From: Amphiscolops sp. MND2022
Lineage: Eukaryota
Direction: 5' to 3'
Length of the DNA: 64,000 bases
Assembly: GCA_964187785.1 (NCBI GenBank)
Contig: OZ076413.1
Span: forward strand, 45,944,001 to 46,008,000
The notes under the pieces are model-generated. The model had not been told where the DNA came from and made no database searches. It worked only from the letters and a program-made list of their open reading frames with translations. The translations under genes were made by a program, and so were the position numbers. This document shows, piece by piece, positions 27,733 to 41,115 of the stretch (its first letter is position 1; each line of letters starts with the position of its first letter).

Positions 27733-28092
27733 TTTTCTCAGCACTGAATGGGAGTTTTTACACGCGGTTTTCACCACTACACGTTATTTTTCATAGAAAA
27801 ACAGGAAATGAGAGCGCATAGGCTCCTAGCTAACAAAAACACAGAGTACCCAGGGGGTTTTAATTGTGTACTCAGACACTCCTGAAACAGACTAAAAATC
27901 AAGGTTTTTCAACTTTTCTCAGCACTGAAAAGGAATTTTTGCGTGCGGTTTTCACCACAATGCGTCAATTTTATTACATAAACAGAAAATGAGAGCGCTT
28001 AGGCTCCCAGGACTCGAAAACACTAAGTGCCCTAGAGGTTTTAATTATGCACTCTGGCACTCCTGAAACTGGCCAAAAATCAAGGTTTTTCA
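27733..28092. repeat. 180-bp diverged tandem dimer in the leader (homologue at ~61530..61800, opposite strand)
   Basis: TTTTCTCAGCACTGAA...GCGGTTTTCACCAC...ATGAGAGCGC...CACTCCTGAAAC...AAAAATCAAGGTTTTTC repeated at a 180-bp period. Confidence 0.85.
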
Positions 28093-29176
28093 TTTTTTTT
28101 CTGTTATGAAAACGTAAAAAACCTACTCAAACGTTAATTTCTGTGCCGTGGAAGGTGCCCCAAGCTTTTAGCAGCACAGAAGAGGCGATTGCAGTGCTAT
28201 CCAGCATTCTTCAGGTAGCATTTCAAAGTGGTTTTTTGCCAATTTCGCCAAAAATCGAGTTTTTTCATACAAAATGCGTCCAAAAGGGGACTCCAACGCC
28301 TTTTCTGGTGGACAATACATCATGTAGCAGTACCCTAGAGGTCTTGGGCTACTTCCCATACATTTTTGCAACTGTTGTGACTAATACCTCGAGCGCTCGC
28401 GCTCGTACCAAGAAAAACACTCAAAAATGCCAAAATTGACGTTTTTGCTACTTTTGCACCCAAAATCGGACTTTTCTCACTGAAAACGGCTGCAAAAGCA
28501 CACACTAAGTTGCAACAAGGAAAAACTAGCATGAGCAAACGATTCCCCTTCAAAAATTACACAATCGAAAAATTTTTTCATACCATACTCCGAAAAATTG
28601 ATACTTCTGGACTGAGGGGTGGTACCTTCGCCGACTTTTTTCTCAACACCCAGACCAGCTAGAGAGAAACGGTTGGGACCGTCGGCAACGTCAGCACTTG
28701 TTCTACCTATTCACCGAAAACCATCCCTCTAGGACGTCTCCACGAGAAATGGGAAAGGAGAGTCGGGAACACTCGTTTCAGCTCATCTATCAATCGGATG
28801 GAACATGGTTCAACCATCAATTTCACCTCTCGTATATAAGCGCAAATCACTGAAAACAGCTAGAAAACCTGTTGAACACCAGTAGCGACGTGCTACTGTC
28901 CACTACGCTTCTAAAAAGAGGACCCGCTGATGGGAACCTTGCAATTTTAGACGATACCTGTCAACAAATACCGTTTACTAATAAACCATCGGTACTTGGG
29001 AAAGTCACCTGAAAAACGGACAGAAAATCTGCCACAGTAAACCTGTCAATACATCAAACTTTAAAAAATGAAGAAAAACTCTGCGTAAACTTCTCAAACC
29101 AGAGCCAGGTCGTACTTGGCGTCAATCACCAGAGGGTCGGCTATTTTAAAACCATTAAGGGAAGCACTTCGAAGCG

Positions 29177-29194
29177 ATCCCTCTGTGGTCGCCA
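29177..29194 (-). promoter_or_regulatory. Primer-binding site, tRNA-Arg(TCG)-like
   Basis: TGGCGACCACAGAGGGAT on minus resembles the complement of animal tRNA-Arg(TCG) 3' ends. It is 17 nt from the LTR. An identical copy is at 60334. Confidence 0.75.
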
Positions 29195-29509
29195 AAAAAA
29201 TGATGTCTCTATGTAACGACAAGCTCTCACCATTGTCGCCGTAACCATAAGAGTTAGAGGAACACATGATATGGGTATTTGCCCGGGACAGGCGCCCATG
29301 ACCATGAGCTCATTTTCCCTCTTTCGGGTAAAAACGGTCCCGTCAGAGGAGGATTCCGCTTCTTGTGAAGTGCTCGCCGGCCTGATCCAGTCTGTAATTG
29401 CTATCAGTAGTGCGCATTACGCTTTTTCTTCGAAACCAACACTTAGACAGCCTTTAAAAACGTTCCAAAAGGAAATTATGTTAAATTTTCGTTATTCAGG
29501 GTGACTTGG

Positions 29510-30235
29510 TGTAACGTCCACCAGTAAAGTACCAAAATTTCGTTCAAAAAGTCGAATAGGTGCGAATCAAAATGGCCGACCTAGCAGGTCGTTGAAATCA
29601 AAAAGGACGGACAGAAGAACGAAAAACCTGCCCAAGAAGCCCCAACCCACGCGCCCCCGACCCAGAAGATGAAGAGAAGAGATACCCCAGCATGAATAGA
29701 CACGGAAAAACCCGGAATTGTGTCATCTCACTCGGTATTTGCAGGTTCCAAATGAAGAAATGATCCAGAATCCAGATATCCCATGCTTGAAGAACATGAA
29801 GAAAACCGCAGAATCAGTGGAAATGCGACAGAAGTGCTTATTTTGATTATATTTGATGTTGTTAATACTGATTTACAGATGTATGATGATACTGGATCTG
29901 TTAGATCCCTGTAATTGGTACTTCAGAGAATGTTTCCCCAATAAAATGAGTATGGACTAAAACCCCAGTTTTCGGACCTCGGAGGTATGTAGGATCGCAG
30001 GAAGCCTTTAGGACCGATTTTACGTGCTTGTGGGACGTGTCCGGACTTTGAGTGTGCCGGCACGTCGCCACGGAGCTCTAATATGAGGAGTCTCCTCGGC
30101 GTCTTGGAAAAGTCCCTACAGAGACCATTTGGGACTAAAAACTAATGTTTAGGTTGTTATAAGACACTGGTCTCTTGTTAAGGCAACCTGGGCATTGTCT
30201 CGGTTCTGGAATGTAGCTGTTAGCTTGACGTTACA
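29510..30235 (+). repeat. 5' LTR of the giant element
   Basis: Matches 48445..49170 with about 3 substitutions. Has a 9-bp terminal inverted repeat and AATAAA near 29940. Confidence 0.97.
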
Positions 30236-30251
30236 TCTGGGATAGTTTTTA

Positions 30252-30269
30252 TGGCGCCCCACAAGGGAC
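30252..30269 (+). promoter_or_regulatory. Primer-binding site, tRNA-Lys(UUU)-like
   Basis: TGGCGCCCCACAAGGGAC versus the canonical Lys3 PBS TGGCGCCCGAACAGGGAC. It is 16 nt downstream of the LTR. Confidence 0.7.
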
Positions 30270-33200
30270 ATTTTTCCATCTTTTCGCCATAATTGGAGTT
30301 TTTCCTGCTTTCCGGCCCTGCTAGGTTCGGATCTAGGAAATTCTTCTGGTGGGTCCTAGATTATTTTTATTGCCTTATGCTAGCCCTATGGGCCTTGTAC
30401 TAGTGTTTTTCCTGTGTTTCCTGCATGTTTCCGGGGTCTGGAATGAGAAATAACCGTGTGATTACAGAGTACCGTTTCCATACCGTTTCTGATTGTCGAA
30501 ATTAACCATCCGGCTTCACCGGATTGCGTTTTTAAGGGTCTTTTAGCCTTGTTTCAGCCTAATTGCAATGTATGGGGACCAGGAGGACGAGCACTGAAGG
30601 CCCCAGCTAGCTGACGACAGTAGATGAACCCCTGCGTCATCACACCTCCGTCACCCCCGTGATTGCAGTATACCCACGACAATCGGGTGAAATTCCTTAT
30701 TTTCTTAGTTTAGAAGCCCAAAAAGCATACTCCCAGGCCTATTCCAACTGAAATTAACTGGAAAGAATACCCTGAGGGTGTTTGAACCAGTTGATTGAGA
30801 ATTTGAGCGCGAAAACCTGAAAAATAATGTAAAATAAGGCTCAAATAGTGATTTTACAGATTTTGAAAGTCGAAATTTTATAGAAAAGAGTACGGCCAGT
30901 GGGAATACATGAAAAACGTTCCATCAGACCTGCCAGGTCAGGAACAGAAAAATTTGCTGGGCTAAATAGTTGAAACACTGAGAAATTTAGCGATTTTTGT
31001 TAAAAAAAACATCAAATTTGGGCAAAAATACCAAATTTGGTGAGGGCGAAGCCTTGGGTGTTTGTTCCCAAGCTTTTGGATCAGCCCAAAAACGTTATTC
31101 CCGAGCTTGGTAGTACAGGACACTACTGCCAAGACGATTTTTAGCACCCCCCAATAAAAATTGAAACTTTAACCTTTGAATTTCTTTGATATACATAGAC
31201 CTGAGTAGAGGACTCCATAGACCTGAGAGTTATAACATCAAAAGTAATAATTGAAACAACCCCATTCCCCTAAATAAAGTTATTACACCTTCTAACACTA
31301 CTATTAGAACCATTCGGAACGTCTGAGAACAAAGAAATAAAAATTTCTTGGTGAAAATACGTATTTTCAGTACTGTTCCGAGAGTGTCAAAGGTGCAACC
31401 TAAAGTTTATTTTGAGAGACCTTATTTGGAACCTACCAGGTTTTGCTGGCCTATTTTCTGTTAGTACAGAGTATAACGTTGCAAACGCAGAAAACCGCGA
31501 GTGATTCCAACCAGTAGTTGCCGAGAAATAGCCAAAAACGTGTTATTTTTGTGACATTTTCGGAACACTGGAGTAGTGTACCCAAGATAGGTCGAAATCT
31601 CTCCTGGTAGGAGTAGCCCAAAACGGATAGCACCATCGCGTAGACCTTAAAAAGTTACGTTAGTGGTGTAATTTTCGTAGCGTTACCATTACTAGTGATC
31701 GAGAAATCTTAGCCGCAGTTTTGCTCAAAAATGATCCGAAAATGTCGAAAAAATTGAATTTTAGTTGAGCATAGTGCAATACCTTGCAGGTATCCCAGCA
31801 CTAAAATTCTTGCATTTTCGTACGTACGACACTAGATCCCGACGATTTGTGCATTTTGAGCAGCTTGCTACAGGCCAACTTAGAAAAATTGACAATTTTG
31901 TGAATTTTAACCCCTGAAAGTGACATACAGGGTACATCATAGTTTTGTCGACTCGGATTGCGGAATATTGATCTGGGCACCCCGCTAACTTGTTTTTCTG
32001 TTACGTGGGCATAATTCACGCTCGCATACAAAATTTCAAGTAGCCAGGAAGCCTAGAAAGCGAGTTTGACTGACTTGTGTGAATTTCACAACATTGTAGG
32101 ATTTTGCAATATCATTGTTGAGCGACCCCAGGTCACGTGCAAACAATTTTAGCGCAATCGGTGGTGATTCTCCCACGATTTGGCCACAGTAGTATACCGT
32201 GTTAAATTTTCAGGTCGCTACTAGCTCTAGAAGTGATTTTCACCTGTTCCAGGCGTGCGTATTGACGAAAAAGTTGCTGATTTTGGGAATTTTTGCAAAA
32301 AATAGCATACCTTTCGTAGGTAAAATTGCAAGTGAGGACCCTAACAACCCTAGTTCAGCACCACTCGCCCATAGCACATCCTGTTGAAGCAATTGGAATA
32401 GAGCTAGCTCAACCCTAACATCTTGGGTTCGTGAAAAGATTGTCAACGAGACGTAGCAGCGAAAAACACCAAAATCGTGTTTTCTCAGTCAACAGCCACC
32501 AGAGTCACCTAAGTGCGAACTGATAGTTGTAGCCACGCATACTTTGAATACGAAGCATAGTGTGAGAACCAGGACGCATTTAGGAGTTTCCCACGAGACT
32601 TAGACTTAGGACGCGCTGCGTCTCGCCAAAGTACATTAAGTACAGTAGCACCAGAAAGTGTGAAGAACTGTGTTTTCATTGATCCTATAATGATCAGATT
32701 AGCAAAACTCTCTTGTTTGTTAGTCTCCTAGCACCTACTCACCCCCAAGCTCCATCCCCGAGTTCCCTATTTGCAGCAATCCTACCTGTGCTCTCCAATT
32801 GACGGGCAGCGCGAGTAATAAAGAGTACGTTCAAAGAGTGCTGAGTGGTGATTTCTTGAATAAGTCTCCGAAAAACTCTGCTAGCGTACCAAAACCGTTT
32901 CTGTTTATTCCAATCGCCTAGCCTGCGGCTGGATCGAGTGTAGCTTAGTGTGAATTAGCTTTAGCATCCCTAAGTAGGACATCAAAAAAAAACTTCATTT
33001 ACTGACTTTTATAGAATATCTATCTCCAGTTAGTGGGGAAGCAAACCTTTCTGTTTTGATTGGTGGTGATTAGCACCAGTGCATGTAATTTCGAGTTAGT
33101 ATATGTACCCTTGAGTCTGAAGTTTGTAAAAGCCAGCTAATCTTGACTTAGAACCTAGAGGGCAGGCATAAGCTACAAGCTCAAAAACTGAATAGTAGAA

Positions 33201-33343
33201 TAGTTCAGTTAAAACTCTTGAGGAAGTGACACCACAACTTCCAATTTAATTTAACTTCAATTTCATTTGTTGAGGGGAAGGAGTGAGCGAAGGACCAGAG
33301 AGAAGTTTTGCTCAATAGAAACGCAAGAAATCAAGCAAGCGAA

Positions 33344-36071
33344 ATGAGTTTGAGCGAATGGGAGTATTTGATACCCTTGAATGAAGCATCTTGGGAATCA
33401 GATGGCTTTCATGCCACCAACCCATTTGCGAGAGACATAGAAGAGTTGAGTACGCTTAGTACACAAGCTGAAATAGCAACGCCGGAAGTGACCGCCGACA
33501 TATTTTTAGACAACCTCATGTCGGATAACCTGTCCAACGTTGAGCAAAATTCGCGAATCGCACAATCAAGCCAGCAAAGTTCCTCGCAAGCGTCTTCGGA
33601 CAGCGCTGAACTTGCCAATGAGACTCCCATGAACCGTAATAATGTGTGGCCTCCTCTGAACACCTCCGTGATCATGACCGGGGACTGGCCGAACTCGAAT
33701 AGAGAACTAGCTACTAGCTCGGACATCAGTAAATGGGTCGAGAATATGAACGTGGGCATGACCTTGGGAGAAATCACACCCCACTTGGGCACAAGTGTAG
33801 ACCCACTGGATTCCGGAGCACCAGCATTTGGCACTAAAGAAGACACATTGGAAGACACTGCTGTGGTTCCGTTAGGAACCCAACTGGGAAAGCGGAAGAC
33901 CAGAAGAGAAGTGACTCTCCCGAATTATGCCTTGACTACACCACCACTGATGAATCCCAGCACCTTGCAACTGGAACGCACGAAAACGTCCCAACACTCT
34001 GATGCCGGCAGTGTGGCATCCCCGAATTTGACGATTGCCAGAGGCATCAAGGAGACTGAGGCCATAAGGGAAGATTTTGGACGCAACATGGAACAATTGA
34101 AGCAAGTCCAAGTAAAGCTGGCCCAGGAGAATAATAACCATGTCCGGCAGGCGGAAACCCTAGTGATGGAAATGGAAACGTTGCGAAAGGAAATAAGCGA
34201 GATAAAGATGGAAGGACGTGTCAACCAGGGCAAAATAGAAGCGTCCATGGGATCTAACAAAGACCTGACTGAGAAACGCATATCGGAAATGACGGCGATA
34301 ATGATGCAAAGGGATCACCAAGCAGATGAGCGCCTGAAGCATATGTCCGAAATGATGCACCGCAGAGACTTAGATGTCGACAAACGCATAGTGGACCTCA
34401 TGACTACAGTCCAAGACTTGACCCTAGGGGTGAAAACAGTAGTAGCGACGGTACCAAACCGTCCTTCACCTGTGCCGGTGGCACTAAATTCTGCAGATGT
34501 ACCATCAACAAGTGCGTTTCATACCCAGCATCCCACCTATCGAGAAATTGCCCAACGCCAAAGTGTGACGAAAACTGATCAAGCGAAACAACCAAAATTG
34601 CAACCACCAGCAACGTACAAGAAGGTGCCCGTGAAAACCCAAGTTTCGACAGCCAATCGTAAAACACTGTGATATATCTGGCCCTCCTTCATTCGATCCC
34701 TACGCCAGAGGTGCCTCCACAACAGGAGACTACTACTCGGCAGTCAGTAGCCAAATGTCCAATGACATAAAGACAGCATCGGGAAACACTGAATATCAAA
34801 CTGCCGTCTCATCAATGCTTGGCACAGAACGCCCAGCACTCTCCTACGGTAACGATCAACTACGGCCGTTAGCCTCGAGCACGCAAAGGAAGGCAACCTC
34901 GAGAAGAAACTTGAACACAGCAACAGTGGTAGAACCTGCTAAAGATAGCACTCCAAACCCGATATATAATCAAACGCTAGCAGAAGCGATAACAACAGCG
35001 ATGTCCAAAGGCCTGGAACCATTGCTAGCGGTGAAAGAAACCAAAGTGTGACGAAAACTGATCAAGCGAAACAACCAAAATTGCAACCACCAGCAACGTA
35101 CAAGAAGGTGCCCGTGAAAACCCAAGTTTCGACAGCCAATCGTAAAACACTGTGATATATCTGGCCCTCCTTCATTCGATCCCTACGCCAGAGGTGCCTC
35201 CACAACAGGAGACTACTACTCGGCAGTCAGTAGCCAAATGTCCAATGACATAAAGACAGCATCGGGAAACACTGAATATCAAACTGCCGTCTCATCAATG
35301 CTTGGCACAGAACGCCCAGCACTCTCCTACGGTAACGATCAACTACGGCCGTTAGCCTCGAGCACGCAAAGGAAGGCAACCTCGAGAAGAAACTTGAACA
35401 CAGCAACAGTGGTAGAACCTGCTAAAGATAGCACTCCAAACCCGATATATAATCAAACGCTAGCAGAAGCGATAACAACAGCGATGTCCAAAGGCCTGGA
35501 ACCATTGCTAGCGGTGAAAGAAACCAAAAATAAACCAACCAAGTATCGTGGCACACATGACGGAATAGTAGATGGTTGGCTGATGTTGATGAAGCGATAT
35601 CTTCAAAAAGCCCATGCGAAAGACACTCCATTGGACAAGGCATGGACTATTGTGGAATTCTTAGAAAACGAGGCACGGGACTATATTACGAACAAATCTG
35701 AAGCGGAACGAGATACTGATGAAAAAGTCTTCGCGCTGCTAGCACGAAGATTTGGAACCGGGTCTAACAAGATCCAAATACAACAACAGTTCCGCACGCG
35801 TAACCAGACTCCAGATGAAGATTACATGCAATATCTGGATGCATTGGAAGGTTTGCGCAGTCAAGGTTTTCCCAACGAGGAAGTTGCGGTAAGACGCTAC
35901 GAAATCATGCAAAGATTTATCGAAGGTGTGCGCAGCTTCGAATTGAAACGCAACCTCGCACTCATGTATGCGCAAGAACAGTATGTGGACACACCCCCAA
36001 CGGTAGAAGCCCTACGATTCACGGTACAACAGTACCTGCGCATGCGTGGTTCAGCCCGTTTGGAAAATTAA
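33344..36071 (+). pseudogene. gag: Gag: long disordered and coiled-coil N-terminus plus capsid domain, disrupted
   Basis: Capsid-like KPTKYRG...WL...FLENEARDY...F..RNQ...E...Y...LEGL. One-base frameshift near 34662, a 483-bp internal duplication, and TAA at 36069 in frame with pol. Confidence 0.85.
34558..35523 (+). repeat. 483-bp exact tandem duplication inside gag
   Basis: Units 34558..35040 and 35041..35523, with CCAAA microhomology at 34558, 35041 and 35524. Confidence 0.95.
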
Positions 36072-39000
36072 CCTGCACCACAGCAACAACAACAACAGCC
36101 ACCTGTCGCAGCAAACCAACAGAATCAGATGCAGGCACCGGCCCCGCAAGCGCCTGCTGCCCAACACCTCCCACAACAACCTGCGGCTTTCAGACAACAA
36201 CCGCAGCGAACATGCTTCAACTGCGGTGACCCCTCGCACTTTGTAGCCGATTGTTCCATGAAGGATCGAGCACGGAAACCAGTACAACAAGCAGTCAACT
36301 CATGTCGCACGAACCCAGCCGGAGAGTGGGTGTGCCCATCGAACCCACGCGGCATGAATGATGATGTAATGCCTGCAACTTTACCGGAACAAGGAACATC
36401 AGCATTTTGCGTCAATTGTGGTCACACCGGCCACGTGGCATCCGATTGTATGATGCCTGACAACGTTGCTACGGAAGAACAAGTGAAACCGGCGTGGTAC
36501 GCCCCGGGCACAAACTCCACGGACTTTCGAGACACTGAGGACCAAGTAAGAGTGATCTCGACCTCGGAAGAAGGAGGCCCATCACGTCCAGTGGTTGTGA
36601 CTTGCGGCGAGAAACAGATCCTAACGACACTTGAAGCCCCAGCGCCTGATTGTACAGAGACGCTTATATCCATTCATCTATTGTTATCCGCAGAGCAGAG
36701 AGCACGACCCAACCTTACATTGGCTCAACTGAAAGAAGAACTTTGTCGCAACACCAACCTCACCATAGCGTCGAGACCCTTGCCACATTTCACCAGAAGT
36801 GATGAGACCAAGCTAGCCCCAATACAGAAGGTCAAGACAATCGCACCAGTCCCCATAGCGATCACGGTTGATGGTGTAGACATGAGGTTCGATGCGATTG
36901 TTGTCCTGGAAGGACACTTTCCGCAAGGCCTATATTTGGGCAGGCAAGAACTACGTTGCTATAACATTGGAGTGCAGGATGCACAAGGAGAGGCACAAAT
37001 TGATGAGCGAGCCTCGCTAGTCGTTGCATTCGGAACCCCTCGGCAAAAGCCGATACCACTCTTCGGCATGATAGACACCGGTTCGGGAGTCTCAATTCTT
37101 TCTCTGAGTGCGTACAAGAAAATCGCATCCCCGCATGAGTTGAACTTGTCGCCATATGACATTGAACTCTTCGCTGCCAATGGCAAGAGCATCACGACCG
37201 TTGGTATCGCAGAAGACGTAAGCTTTCAACTTGGCGGATACACTCTGAAGACCAACTTTGTAGTCATAGCAGATCACATTGGTTCAGAGGATTTCCTCTT
37301 GGGTCGAAATTTCTTGCGTACGTACAATGTATTGGTGGATCTAACGGCAATGAAAGTAACCATCCGAGATCCCAAAACGCCTAGAATCTTCAAAGCCGTT
37401 CATGAGGTAAGTGAACACGAACCATCATTTGTCATTTCCGCCGATGAAGTAGTTCTAGGTCCATTCGAAAGGAAAATTGTGCGCGCGAAAATCATCACGC
37501 AACAACCCGATGAGTTTCATTTTCGTAACGTAATGGTCCACTCATGTAGCACGAAATCCAAGTCGGTCTTTGTTTCAGAAGATACACTAACCTCCGTGGG
37601 AGAAGAGGGTTTGATTTTCGTAGCCCTACGAAATCAAACTGACAAAGAACGGGTAAGGATCAAAGCACAAACTGTAATTGGCAAAGCGGTGCTCACCACT
37701 TTTGTATTGAACTCTGTTCCCTTCCAAAATAAAGGTGATGATTCGAAGCTTTCAGTAGAATTTGTAAATCAAGTACATAAAGATATAGACTTGGACACAA
37801 GTTCAGAATTTAGTTCCTTTGCCCAAAACTTCTTGTCTTCGACTGAACCGTCTGAGGTAGATTGGTCAGAGAGTGAAAAGCGAAAGCGAACAGATCCTCA
37901 ACTGCTAAAAGCAATCCCAGGCCCTGACCTCTCTTCCGTCCTTTCTTCAAGGGGGGAAGAGGCGAGAGACAAGTTAGAGACTCTTTTAAATGAGTATGAA
38001 GATCTGTTCATGAAAAATAAGTCTGACATAGGTAAGTGTAAGATTGCAAAGCACAGAATAGAGCTGGAGCCGGAGGCTATACCACACCGAGAAGGAGCAA
38101 GGCGAATGTCCCCTGATAAGGCAGCGAAAGCCAATCAGGAAGTGCAAAATTTGCTGGCCCTTGGACTGATACAACCCTCCTATTCTCCGTGGGCCAGTGG
38201 CATAGTCATGGTAAAAAAGAAAACAGGCGAACTTCGCTTTTGCTGTGACTTCCGCCCGCTAAATGATGTAACAGTAAAGGACGCATTTCCATTGCCCAGG
38301 ATTGACGAAAACCTCTCGAGAATTGGGAATGCAAAAATCTTCACGAGCATTGATTTAGCGTGGGCCTTCTGGCAGATCCCACTGAAAAAGCGCGATCGCA
38401 GAAAAACCGCCTTCGCGTGCGAACTTGGCCTGTTTGAATGGCGACGCATGCCCTTCGGGCTATGCAACGCATCGGCCACGTTTCAGCGATCCATCACTCG
38501 AGCTCTACAAAGAATCCAGCAACGACATGGAAATGTTGTCATGGCATACATTGACGACATAGTAATCGCGACAGAGACCATTGAAGATCATTTGGAAAGA
38601 ATCAAAGAAGTATTCGAATGTCTCAGAGAGGCCGGTTTCAAGATGCGAGCCGAGAAATGTGATTTCATGCGCACTGAAACCAAATACCTTGGAAGAGTAG
38701 TCTCTGCTGAAGGCATAAAGCCAGACCCGGCTGCCGTAAGCAAAATCCAAGAGTGGATGCCCCCAAGAAATAGAGAAGAGCTACAAAGCTTCCTTGGATT
38801 CGCGAACTACTACAGAGACTTCATTCCTTTTCACGCTGCCAAAGTACAGCCTATGCAGGAGTTGTTAAGGAAGAACCAACACTTCCACTGGAAAGAAAGA
38901 CATCAAGAAGCGTTTGATTCAGTGAAACAGGCACTAGCTGACGCCACAGCTTTGGCAGCCCCAAACGATGAAGGACGTTTTGTTTTGGACACCGATGCCA

Positions 39001-41115
39001 GTGCAGTTGCTATAGCCGGCATACTGCACCAAGAACAAGAATACAATGGGAAAACCATTCTTCGTACCATCGTTTATGGTAGCAAGTCGCTGACTCGAAC
39101 ACAATTGAATTATGGCGCCCCGAAACTAGAAATGTATGCGGTTTTCTATTTCATTGAGAAGTTTCACTCGCGGGTGCCTTGCAGGTCGAGAATTCACGCT
39201 GCGCGTGGACAACCAGGCTCTCTCGTGGCTGAAGACATATTCAATGGATCAGGCCATGATTGGACGCTGGATTGCGCGCCTTGACCAATATCACTTCAAG
39301 ACGATCCACAGACCACGCACACAACACCGAAATGCAGACGGTCTTAGCAAAAGGACCAATGATTACGTGCATCGGGAGAAGATTGTGGAAACTCTACCAG
39401 AAGTGAGCAAGGGATTCAGCTTCATGTCCCAGAAAGACTACGAAGAACTCCCCACTGTGCCATATATCGACAAACATGGAAAATTCATCACAAACCATCC
39501 ATAGCTTCCACCCGAAGCTCGAGCACAACTCCCCGTGCTGTATATTTTAAAGAAGCCACCAAAGGAAGATCCAACCTCAGATCAGTCTTTGAGCTCCATA
39601 CCGTGGTATCCACAGGTGCAATGGGAAAACACTCCGACATCAACCGAAAACGACAGACCAAATTGTATCCTTAGCGTAACAACAGAAGTGCCAGCGGCAC
39701 GTCTCGATACTACCCAACGCGACCCAGCGTTGCGTAGATTGCCAATGCAGTGTCAAGAACAAGCTGATGTCCTTAGGCTAGTTGGGACTGAACTTCACGA
39801 GCATCAGTCGACAATGCGTGGATTGAAGGATCTACATCTAGCTCAAAACAGGAATGTTCATCTCCTAGCGCTGAAGAAGCTCATGAAGAACGAGCCATTG
39901 GATGACGCTCTATTCCCCGAGGATGTGCAAGACTTTGCCAAACGGTACTTTCATCAGAAGAAAGACCTACTGTTCTTGAACCAAAATGACATTTTATGTG
40001 TCAATTACATTCCGCAGCAACGCGCGATGCACGTACGACCGTGTATGATTGTCATGCCCCAGCTCTACCAGCATGAAATCTTGTACAGAGCGCATGACGA
40101 ATCAGGACACCAAGGCGTTGGTAAAGTACTGGCGAGAATACAAGAGCGCCACACTTGGCCATGTATCAAGCGTGATGTCGTCAATCATATTAAGCATTGC
40201 TTAACATGCCAACAGACGAAGCATCCCGCTGGGAATCCCTGTTACCCCCTACAGAGTATCAACAGCAGCAATTTCAACGATCTGGTGCAATTTGACCATT
40301 TGAAATTGTGCAAGACAACGTCAGGAAACAATGGGTTGCTAGTCATCATCGACCATTTTACCAAGTTTGCAGAGGCAATCCCATGTGCACACGATGAATA
40401 TGACGCACAGACGACAGCAAAGATTATCCTAAACAAATGGTTCGCAAGACATGGCACTCCTGCCAGAATGCAGTCTGACAACGCCACCAATTTCACTGCC
40501 GAAATTGCTCAAGAATTGATGAAAGCTTCGCAAGTAACCAAGGTAACGTCTACTCCAGCTCATCCGAGAGGCAACGGTCTAGTGGAACGCCAGAACCGAA
40601 CGTTGCTTACCCTGCTCAGAGTTTACACGTCACGCAGGATGCTTGACTGGGATGAGCACATAGACGGAGTCTTGGGTGCCTATAATTCGACCAGACACGC
40701 AACAACAGGATTTTCCCCGTACATGCTCCAACATGGCGCGGAAAAGTCCATTCCGCTCTCATTCATATACCCAGAATTCGCAGCACGAGAGTTTGAATCC
40801 AAAGAAGAATTCGTAGAACACCTACTTGCTAGACAACAAGAAATCCACGAGCTTGTCCGCCGAAATACTCATCAAGCGCAAGTACGACAAAAACAGAAAT
40901 TCGACAGACATTTGAGGGCAAAAGCTCACGCCGTGGGTGATGCCGTTTGGGTGTTTTGCCACATAATCCCCAAGGGCGGTACCCGCAAACTTCTTCGTGC
41001 CTGGCGTGGACCTCACAAGGTCACGGATGTGTTGCAAGATGGAAGATTATATGTGTTAGATACAGGTCAAAAAGTTCATTTTGAGCGTCTGAAGAAGCAT
41101 GTGCCAGCGCCATAG
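36072..41115 (+). pseudogene. pol: NC and Pol: two CCHC knuckles, protease, RT, RNase H, integrase
   Basis: CFNCGDPSHFVADC and CVNCGHTGHVASDC; IDTGS; YIDD; LDTDAS; HDESGH..CLTC; FDH, SDNA and ERQN catalytic motifs; WRGPHKV. Lesions: apparent 4-bp insertion near 39171 and TAG at 39502. Confidence 0.95.
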
